The notes under the pieces are model-generated. The model ran no database searches, had not been told where the DNA came from, and saw only the letters and a list, made by a program, of their open reading frames with translations. Positions 8,651 to 15,188 of a DNA stretch of 18,124 bases are shown here, one piece after another. Position 1 is the stretch's first letter, and every line of letters starts with the position of its first letter. The DNA comes from a virus (lineage: Duplodnaviria; Heunggongvirae; Uroviricota; Caudoviricetes), in IMG/VR virus record IMGVR_UViG_3300033233_000005; one strand, 5' to 3'. The position numbers were made by a program, and so were the translations under genes.

Positions 8651-9028
8651 ATGAGCATGTTCGCTGGTATATTCACTCCAGACATCGAAGTGATCCCGTT
8701 CAGTTCTGCTACTGCCGTTATCAGAAAGGCTGTACGCATCAATGATACTGCTACAGTAACGGAAACTGACCGTGTCTGTGTAGTCGCCGCCGATATCACC
8801 GGGAATGGCGCTACAGGAACCATCAAAGTCGAAGTTGGTGTCGGAGATACGGTAGCTGGATTCACGGCTGACCAGATAATCGGATATGCATCAGCCGTCA
8901 ACGGCACCACCAATCAGATATTAATTCTAAGTGTGGTCGGCAAGAGCAAGACTATCAGAATTACTACCACTGGTACTCTGATCGGAGCTGTCAGAATCCA
9001 GGGTAAGACCACACAGATCGATCCATAA
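8651..9028 (+). CDS. Small beta-rich structural protein (hypothetical)
   Basis: SD GGAGGTG. V/T/G/I-rich composition like its structural neighbours. Confidence 0.6.
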   Translation: MSMFAGIFTPDIEVIPFSSATAVIRKAVRINDTATVTETDRVCVVAADITGNGATGTIKVEVGVGDTVAGFTADQIIGYASAVNGTTNQILILSVVGKSKTIRITTTGTLIGAVRIQGKTTQIDP

Positions 9029-9040
9029 AGGAAAATTCTA

Positions 9041-9718
9041 ATGGCTTGGACGATTAAATCACAGGAACGGTACGAGGATCAGGTTAAATCCTATCTAGAC
9101 AAAGTCAAGGCTGACATAGCATTCGGCATACAATTGGCTGAAACAGAAGTTCCTAAACTAGCCGAGGGCAAAGTGAATGAAGACAGCCTCCGTGGTGCAC
9201 TAAATAGCATCAATGAAGGCATAGAAGCCTTAACCCAAGCCAGACATATAGTGGAAACATATCCGAATGAGGTTATGGAATCTAGCCTATTTAGTACCCC
9301 GCTGGAAATGCTGGCTAAAGCCGTATTTATATTAGAGGTGAATGTAGACGCCGTCACCAATGAAGATACTGTGCTAGATAGACAGGCACATCCGGCTGCT
9401 ATAACTCGTGCCATCGCAGATTTAAAGGCAAGCTTAGACACGATAAATAAGATTTGGATACCACAGTTCTTCACTCAACCAGGTGAAGGTATCCCACAGG
9501 AATATGAAACCGGAATGTGGAATACAATGCGCAAGCTCATTCGCAATCTTGAGCAGACCAAGGAAAAGAGCAAGACTGAATTGCTTCAGGAAGAGATTTA
9601 TGGGGTACCCGGCATCAAATGGAAATTTAGAAAGCCGCGCAGGATGACCTTGCCCCCACATTCACAGCAGATGGAGCGTGAACGGGAGAAGCGTAGCGTA
9701 CCTAAGAAGTTCTTCTAA
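9041..9718 (+). CDS. Hypothetical helical protein with basic C-terminus
   Basis: 225-aa ORF with SD AAGGA. No motif recognised. Confidence 0.65.
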   Translation: MAWTIKSQERYEDQVKSYLDKVKADIAFGIQLAETEVPKLAEGKVNEDSLRGALNSINEGIEALTQARHIVETYPNEVMESSLFSTPLEMLAKAVFILEVNVDAVTNEDTVLDRQAHPAAITRAIADLKASLDTINKIWIPQFFTQPGEGIPQEYETGMWNTMRKLIRNLEQTKEKSKTELLQEEIYGVPGIKWKFRKPRRMTLPPHSQQMEREREKRSVPKKFF

Positions 9719-9725
9719 ACAGTGA

Positions 9726-9749
9726 TGGGGAGGCCACTTGGCCTCCCCA
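9726..9749. terminator. GC-rich hairpin between convergent transcription units (likely bidirectional terminator)
   Basis: Perfect inverted repeat TGGGGAGGCCA-CT-TGGCCTCCCCA between the stops at 9718 (+) and 9772 (-). U-tracts are weak. Confidence 0.6.
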
Positions 9750-9771
9750 CCCTGAATTACCTGCCAGACGC

Positions 9772-10149
9772 TTATTTTACTTCGTAGGAACTCTCAGCCA
9801 GGACCTTGTCACCAGATAACACTCTTACCTTCCACACGCCAACTGCTCGGTAGGTCTTCCCTTTCTCGCTCTTCCATGAAAGGGTCCTATAGGCGCGGGT
9901 CCTGGCCTGGCCAGCATCCTTGGAACAGGACTTCCAAGGAGCCTCATAAGATGAGGATTCAAACATTTCATTCGGGCTAGTAAATTCTACCGTCACACTA
10001 CCTGATGTCGGGCAATCGGCAATACCGTTCAATGCGATGTTTGCCCATAGTTTATTGCCCTTCTCGGCTAACTGTAACTCGGCAGTTACAGATGCCATAG
10101 CTGCACTCGCTAGAGCTACAGCAAATACGGCTGCCATCATCTTCTTCAT
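9772..10149 (-). CDS. Secreted small Ig-like (beta-sandwich) protein
   Basis: SD AGGAGG. Signal peptide MKKMMAAVFAVALASAAMA. Two Cys. The C-terminal GVWKVRVLSGDKVLAESSYEVK is a typical Ig-like final hairpin. Confidence 0.7.
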   Translation of the reverse strand: MKKMMAAVFAVALASAAMASVTAELQLAEKGNKLWANIALNGIADCPTSGSVTVEFTSPNEMFESSSYEAPWKSCSKDAGQARTRAYRTLSWKSEKGKTYRAVGVWKVRVLSGDKVLAESSYEVK

Positions 10150-10158
10150 TCGTTCCTC

Positions 10159-10557
10159 CTATCTGATTGGTTGGTCGTATCCTTGCATCTCGCGTATTAC
10201 TTCTTCTAGTAATACATCTGGTTCTTCTATCGTTAACAACAGAGGATCAACAAAGTCTGTCGAACGAAATTTATACATATTGATGATCCTGTAATGATCT
10301 AATCCATCCCACATTATGTGTGATTGTCCATCAGCCATTACATATTCACTTGTTGGCCAGTCTGCCATTATACTGCTGACACGAGATCCAATACACATAT
10401 ACACATCGCCTTCTAAGCGGACTATACCCACAGAGTCAGCCAGTGTCACCGCTCTGATAAATTCGTTCGGTCTGTCGGCTGATATCCAACTGTAAATGCC
10501 TTCTTTTTGATCCCATGGCGGGAAATGATAGAACTCATGGATTCTAAACGCTTTCAT
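10159..10557 (-). CDS. Hypothetical protein, DP[L/F]-motif family
   Basis: 132 aa. C-terminal STDFVDPLLLTIEEPDVLL. Confidence 0.7.
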   Translation of the reverse strand: MKAFRIHEFYHFPPWDQKEGIYSWISADRPNEFIRAVTLADSVGIVRLEGDVYMCIGSRVSSIMADWPTSEYVMADGQSHIMWDGLDHYRIINMYKFRSTDFVDPLLLTIEEPDVLLEEVIREMQGYDQPIR

Positions 10558-10565
10558 GTGATTCC

Positions 10566-10574
10566 ATTGTAGCA
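10566..10574 (-). promoter_or_regulatory. Extended -10 promoter (TG-C-TACAAT) 8 nt upstream of the 10557 ATG
   Basis: Minus strand reads ...cacTGcTACAATggaatcacATG. Confidence 0.4.
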
Positions 10575-10594
10575 GTGCGAGCTAAATGGTATAG

Positions 10595-10617
10595 TCTCAT
10601 GCCTACGGCGCATGAGA
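10595..10617. other. Intergenic hairpin (possible terminator or processing site)
   Basis: TCTCATGC-CTACGGC-GCATGAGA, 8-bp stem, just downstream of the 10629 stop on the minus strand. Confidence 0.45.
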
Positions 10618-10628
10618 TATCATTACCA

Positions 10629-11060
10629 TCAAGCCCTTGTGGGGAGATTGCTCCTGCTATATACATCTTCTAGTATGGCCCTCACCATGTCCTTTACATT
10701 CTTTATGGTGGTGATAAGCGGGTCTAATAATTCATTGCTGTCTATCCAGTAACCAAGTATTGGATAATATACTATGCCAGCGTCCGATTTCATTATCATC
10801 TTCAATCCATTCCCGCCCCTAATAGAGCCTATTAACATGTAGATGTGGTTACTAAATTCTAAACCGAACATGCCGATTGCATCTATTTGACTACCATTAA
10901 TTCCACCGAAATCCAGCAATGGAATCAATTCCTGTATACGTTTAGCATTCAAATGCATGATCATTATTTCATTGGCACTAAGCGCCGCCATAGCCATATC
11001 CGGTTTGGAATACGGTATCCTAGCAATCCGGAATACGTCTACCTGGTCCAGGGCATTCAT
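10629..11060 (-). CDS. Hypothetical protein, DP[L/F]-motif family
   Basis: 143 aa with SD AGGA. C-terminal DSNELLDPLITTIKNVKDMV. Confidence 0.7.
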   Translation of the reverse strand: MNALDQVDVFRIARIPYSKPDMAMAALSANEIMIMHLNAKRIQELIPLLDFGGINGSQIDAIGMFGLEFSNHIYMLIGSIRGGNGLKMIMKSDAGIVYYPILGYWIDSNELLDPLITTIKNVKDMVRAILEDVYSRSNLPTRA

Positions 11061-11255
11061 GACATTTTTCCTACATCGTTTTATACCCCAAAGAAAGCAA
11101 GACGAGGTATTTCCAAGCCATTCAGAAGTATAGGATGGCTATCTCAATATTTTTGATCCATCCGCATATGTCTCCGGGCTTCTTCTTTGCAGGAAGAGTA
11201 TATACTAGATAATCTACGGCATACCAATACAGGAACCCTGAACGCTTTAAATATA

Positions 11256-11296
11256 TTGTTATGATCGTCAGAATCTGTATAAAATAGGATACAGAT
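11256..11296 (+). promoter_or_regulatory. Putative operon promoter with overlapping palindromic operator
   Basis: TTGTTA (11256-11261) with TAAAAT (11280-11285) 18 nt downstream. Inverted repeat ATCTGTAT-N8-ATACAGAT (11273-11296) covers the -10 box. Confidence 0.4.
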
Positions 11297-11320
11297 GAAA
11301 TCGCTCTGGAGAGCGTAACC

Positions 11321-12553
11321 GTGGGACAGCCGGGTCGTAGACCCAAGATCTCCCCTGAAACAGTAGTAAAGATCTTAGAAGCCCACAAGAATAGTACCTT
11401 CCCCAGTGCCAAAAGGATGGGGGAAGCATTCGGCATATCTAGGCATGCCGTTGAAGACACACTAAGAAGGCACGGAATGGGCAAGAGCAATTTTAATCCC
11501 CACACTGTACAGGCTGTACTAGCACTGTTAGATTCTGGTTTAACTCATGAACAGATAGGCCAGCAACTGGGCTTAGCTAAAAGCTCAGTCAGTCAGGCAG
11601 TATATGAGAATCAGACCAGCATACTAAAACCAATTGAGCAGGAATACCACAAAACCGTCGCACACAGACAGTACATAGCGGCCAGATGGAAACCGGGTAG
11701 ATACGTCGTAGGTAATGACTCTCATATCAAATTTCATTCTAAAGAATGCTTAGACGCTATCATGGCATTAAAAGGCGATTTTGATGGATTCATAATGGCT
11801 GGTGATTTAATAGACGGATATTGGGTATCGTCGTTCCGCAAGAGCACTTACGCTCCTTTGTCACAGGAAGTAGCAGTTGCCACAGACATAATGAAGATGT
11901 TCGCCAAGAAATTTGGCCGGGTGCTCTACTTCCATGGGAACCATGAGGAGAGACTATGGAAGTACTTACTAACAGAAGGTGAAGGTCTAGTCAAAACCGC
12001 TGGACCAGCGGCTGAGATACTAATCAAAGCCTTTGAAGACATCCGGCACTGGTACTTCGGTAACATGCCAGGAGTACTGGTGCATTACGGCTGGTTCGTC
12101 CAGATTGGTAAGACTGTCATTTCACATGCCGACTTGTACAGTCAAATGCAGGGTAGAACAGTACAGAACATCCTTGAACACTTCTTAAATCGTGCCAGAG
12201 AATGGCAGACAGGCGAGATAGACGCTGTATTAGAGGCACACTTACATCGCCATTCTGGACCACAACGCAAATGGGGACGATATCTATGGGAATTACCCTG
12301 CATGTGCGGACCACTCGACTATCAGATGGGAGCCAGAGCCAGCAAGGGACAGACGGACACCGGTTACAGTATAATCGTCATAAATAAAGACGGCACTTTT
12401 AATTTTAATGAAAGCAGGAGCTATTTGGTTGATGTTACGCCACCCAATATGCCAGATCCGGAATCTGAAATGATAGAAGTTGAGAAACCGGATTTTGAAA
12501 GACCGAAGATTATGTTTGGTAACGATAGGATAGTACTAAAAGACAAGAAATAG
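11321..12553 (+). CDS. Calcineurin-like metallophosphoesterase with two N-terminal HTH domains
   Basis: All five MPE motifs are present in order: ND-S-H, AGDLID, GNHEER, SH, AHLH. The N-terminus has GRRPKI (resolvase/Hin-like arm) with SAKRMGEAFGISRHAV and LTHEQIGQQLGLAKSSVSQ as HTHs. Confidence 0.85.
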   Translation: MGQPGRRPKISPETVVKILEAHKNSTFPSAKRMGEAFGISRHAVEDTLRRHGMGKSNFNPHTVQAVLALLDSGLTHEQIGQQLGLAKSSVSQAVYENQTSILKPIEQEYHKTVAHRQYIAARWKPGRYVVGNDSHIKFHSKECLDAIMALKGDFDGFIMAGDLIDGYWVSSFRKSTYAPLSQEVAVATDIMKMFAKKFGRVLYFHGNHEERLWKYLLTEGEGLVKTAGPAAEILIKAFEDIRHWYFGNMPGVLVHYGWFVQIGKTVISHADLYSQMQGRTVQNILEHFLNRAREWQTGEIDAVLEAHLHRHSGPQRKWGRYLWELPCMCGPLDYQMGARASKGQTDTGYSIIVINKDGTFNFNESRSYLVDVTPPNMPDPESEMIEVEKPDFERPKIMFGNDRIVLKDKK

Positions 12554-12561
12554 GAGGTCCG

Positions 12562-12816
12562 ATGCCTTATATTAAACCAGATGAAAGAAAGGCATTCGAT
12601 GAAGCAATAGCTCGCCTTGGGAATATTACCACTCCAGGCGAGTTAAACTATGTCATCACTAGGCTATGCCATCAATATTTGCTAAATAAAGGCACAAACT
12701 ATGACAATCTAAATGCTATAACTGGAGTTTTAGAATGTTCTAAACTAGAAATAACACGGAGATTGACAGCGCCCTATGAAGATAATAAAATCAAAATTAA
12801 CGGAGATGTATTCTAG
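12562..12816 (+). CDS. Conserved small phage protein (resembles DUF6899, recognised from memory)
   Basis: SD AGGAGG. MPYI...GELNYVIT...GVLECSKLE..RR..APYED.KI..NGDV pattern. Confidence 0.7.
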   Translation: MPYIKPDERKAFDEAIARLGNITTPGELNYVITRLCHQYLLNKGTNYDNLNAITGVLECSKLEITRRLTAPYEDNKIKINGDVF

Positions 12817-13303
12817 TCGCAAATTACAATGGGTAAACAATAATCGTGACAAGATGCGCGATTATCAGAACAAGTATTACATCAAACACAAAGAACAGAT
12901 TAATCAAAGAGATAAACAACGACGAATTATCGCTCGTAAACATAAGAAATGTAAGTTTTGTAGTAAACCATGCCTCGATTTAGATAGACGTATATATTGT
13001 AGCGAGAAATGTTTTAACGAAGCTAGTAAAATCATTACAGACAAACGCAGGAGGCAACGGGCACAATGGTATTCTGAGTATAAAAGGTCATGCGGTGGGT
13101 GCGTTAAGTGCGGATATTCGAAATGTTTAGCAGCATTGGGGTTCCATCACACAAAAGATAACAAATCGTACAGTCCAGCTAGTATGAAAAATGTGGCCAA
13201 ACGAAATATCATAAAAGAACTGAATAAATGCATTGTCTTGTGCGCCAATTGTCATATGGAGGAACACGAAATGAGTAAAATAAAGGAGAATGGTGATGTC
13301 TAA
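12806..13303 (+). mobile_element. Free-standing HNH homing endonuclease gene
   Basis: CVKCGYSKCLAALGFHH...ELNKCIVLCANCHMEEH is an HNH with Zn ligands. Basic N-terminus with a further CKFC...C...C cluster. AT-rich. The likely start is ATG 12806 inside the upstream gene's end (the track gives 12776). Confidence 0.85.
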
Positions 13304-13760
13304 AAATTTGTCGCTGTACATATCACATCCTTTATCGGGATTAACTGTAGAAGAAGTTGACGAATGGTATGAACGTTGGATCAACAGATTTAAAGATAAA
13401 GGCTTCAGAGTTTTTGATCCTATATCAATGCAATCAGCATTAAAAAATATGAAGAATACGACATTAGGACACACAGTACCCGATGGCCTAGGTGGCATAA
13501 CTAATGATAAAGCGATTTTTGAACGCGATAAATGGGCCGTAACACAGGCAGATATTATATTAGTAGACTTATCTACAGCTACTAAAGTGTCTATCGGTTG
13601 TCTATCTGAATTAATTATAGCCCACACATTAAATAAACACACTATTACTATCATGGATAAACACAATTGTCATTGGCACAGTTTTATCATTCAAGCATCT
13701 GCTATAATATTAGATACTATGGATGAAGCATCGCATTATTTAGAGGCCTTAAACAAATGA
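13296..13760 (+). CDS. Nucleoside 2-deoxyribosyltransferase / DNPH1-MilB-like nucleotide N-glycosidase
   Basis: LYISHPLSG, VFDP, RDKWAVTQADIILVDL and SIGCLSE (catalytic Glu) match the NDT-like Rossmannoid fold. SD AAGGAG is 7 nt before ATG 13296. Confidence 0.8.
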   Translation: MSKNLSLYISHPLSGLTVEEVDEWYERWINRFKDKGFRVFDPISMQSALKNMKNTTLGHTVPDGLGGITNDKAIFERDKWAVTQADIILVDLSTATKVSIGCLSELIIAHTLNKHTITIMDKHNCHWHSFIIQASAIILDTMDEASHYLEALNK

Positions 13761-13858
13761 GAGATGCATTAAAACACAGGCTACATAACAAACGATATAG
13801 GGATAAACACAAAATCCTTGGTATGTGTTCAAAATGCGTGATATTCATCTCCATTTAA
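13757..13858 (+). pseudogene. Probable remnant of a second homing endonuclease (33 aa: MRDALKHRLHNKRYRDKHKILGMCSKCVIFISI)
   Basis: Translated by hand. ATGA-coupled to the NDT stop. The basic RYRDKHK...CSKC resembles RKHKKCKFCSKPC of the intact HNH. Starts MRD like the deaminase. Confidence 0.45.
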
Positions 13859-14739
13859 GTGGTGCCACCCCACCCGAGATTTTATGGGAGATCGTGCGTG
13901 AGAGCGGATTTAAGACCGGTTCCAAGAATTATTGGCATTTTGCTCAGAATATCACGATGGACCGCACCAAGGTCAAAGACCTTGATTCGTATCTCCAGGT
14001 GCTGCATGCTATCGAAGAGGCTCAGAGCAGTCCATTAGCCGTTCAGGAATCGGTTTATAGTGCCTACCGCGCCTCTTATATGTATGGTTGTACTTATATG
14101 GAACTTAGGTGGAACTGTGTTAAGCGTTCTCAGAAGGGACGCATCGATCTGGATTCCCTGATCGTGGCTGCACGCGCTGGTTACGAACGGGCCAAGATGA
14201 TTTACGGCATAGAAGGCGGCATGATCCTCTGTTTGGGCCGCGATTGCTCAGAAGAAGAAAATGCGGCATTGTTTAAAAAAGCGATCCAATATAATGACAA
14301 AGGTATTATTGGGTTAGACATAGCTGGCCCCGAACATAACAGCATCCCCAAGGAATTCGTGCACTATTATAAAGCTGCTAATGCATCCAAGATGATTACC
14401 ACCTGTCATGTTGGTGAAACTGACCATAACAAGGTAGAAGATGAAATCGCATTCGTGTTAGAGAAATTGCAACCACAGCGTATTGGCCATGGAGTACAGA
14501 TAGTTAAATATCCAAAACTATTGAAGAAGGCTGCTAGCATGGGTATCCATTTCGAAATATGTATTTCATCCAATCTGGTTACCAGAGCAGTAGCTGACCT
14601 ACAAGAATTTAGAGATATATTTAGGACGTTTGAAAACAATGGTATAAACTTTTCTATCAACACAGATGCCTTGTTCCCTCTTGGCACCAATATCAAGAAG
14701 GAAAACGAATTGTTCCAACAGATTAAAGAATTGGCGTAA
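13834..14739 (+). CDS. add: Adenosine/AMP deaminase family metallo-amidohydrolase
   Basis: DIHLHLSG, GLDIAGPE, CHVGE, RIGHGV, EICISSN and INTDA are the ADA-family motifs in order. ATG 13834 (MRDIHLH) is preferred over GTG 13825. The substrate is uncertain, so the symbol marks the family only. Confidence 0.9.
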   Translation: MRDIHLHLSGATPPEILWEIVRESGFKTGSKNYWHFAQNITMDRTKVKDLDSYLQVLHAIEEAQSSPLAVQESVYSAYRASYMYGCTYMELRWNCVKRSQKGRIDLDSLIVAARAGYERAKMIYGIEGGMILCLGRDCSEEENAALFKKAIQYNDKGIIGLDIAGPEHNSIPKEFVHYYKAANASKMITTCHVGETDHNKVEDEIAFVLEKLQPQRIGHGVQIVKYPKLLKKAASMGIHFEICISSNLVTRAVADLQEFRDIFRTFENNGINFSINTDALFPLGTNIKKENELFQQIKELA

Positions 14740-15188
14740 TGGGGAGATCAAAAATGGATCAGAAACTAGACGACAAATTAGTCAAAGACTTCCCACTATT
14801 GTATAGGGATAGAAATGAAGATATGTCTAAGACCTGTATGTGCTGGGGATTTACATGCGATGATGGCTGGTTTAAGATAGTCTACGATGCTTCCAAGCAG
14901 ATAGAGAAATTAATAACGCACAGCCTTAAGTACAGAGAATTTAAGGCCGCTCAAGTTAAAGAAAAATATGGCACTCTGCGGTTTTATATGAACCTATCTG
15001 ATGCCAGGGTAGAAAAGATCATAGACAAGGCTGAGGCATTATCTGCCAAGACTTGCGAAATGTGCGGTAAGCCAGGCAAATTGTCTTCTACTGCACAGAA
15101 TCGAGGCTGGTTAAAAACTCTATGCGATTCCTGCAGAAAGGCTCACAAATATCATATCGTAACAAAGCAAACTGGTATTGGACCTTAA
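14739..15188 (+). CDS. Conserved phage protein of the GW...QVKEKFG.LRFY type with C-terminal Zn ribbon; function unknown
   Basis: CDDGWF, QVKEKYGTLRFY, TCEMCGKPG...WLKTLC..C. TAATG-coupled to the deaminase. Confidence 0.75.
   Translation: MGRSKMDQKLDDKLVKDFPLLYRDRNEDMSKTCMCWGFTCDDGWFKIVYDASKQIEKLITHSLKYREFKAAQVKEKYGTLRFYMNLSDARVEKIIDKAEALSAKTCEMCGKPGKLSSTAQNRGWLKTLCDSCRKAHKYHIVTKQTGIGP

Noticed and set aside
1071-9661. Antisense ORFs in the track inside the structural and lysis genes (for example 1071-1268, 2381-2710, 4035-4325, 5906-6154, 8329-8607, 9091-9474)
   Set aside because: They lie wholly opposite longer, motif-bearing, tightly tiled plus-strand genes and have no recognisable motifs. 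They are best explained as shadow ORFs.
11273-11296. LexA/SOS box reading of the operator palindrome
   Set aside because: The spacing is CTGT-N12-ACAG rather than the CTGT-N8-ACAG of the proteobacterial SOS box.
12784-13303. Group I intron explanation for the HNH insertion
   Set aside because: The HNH ORF fills almost all of the 490 nt between the duplicated ends, leaving no room for a ribozyme core. The upstream gene is also complete without splicing.
11321-15188. 2-aminoadenine (Z-base) or 7-deazaguanine pathway assignment
   Set aside because: No PurZ, MazZ, HD-type DatZ, QueC/D/E, FolE or DpdA motifs are visible in this window. Such genes could still lie elsewhere in the genome.
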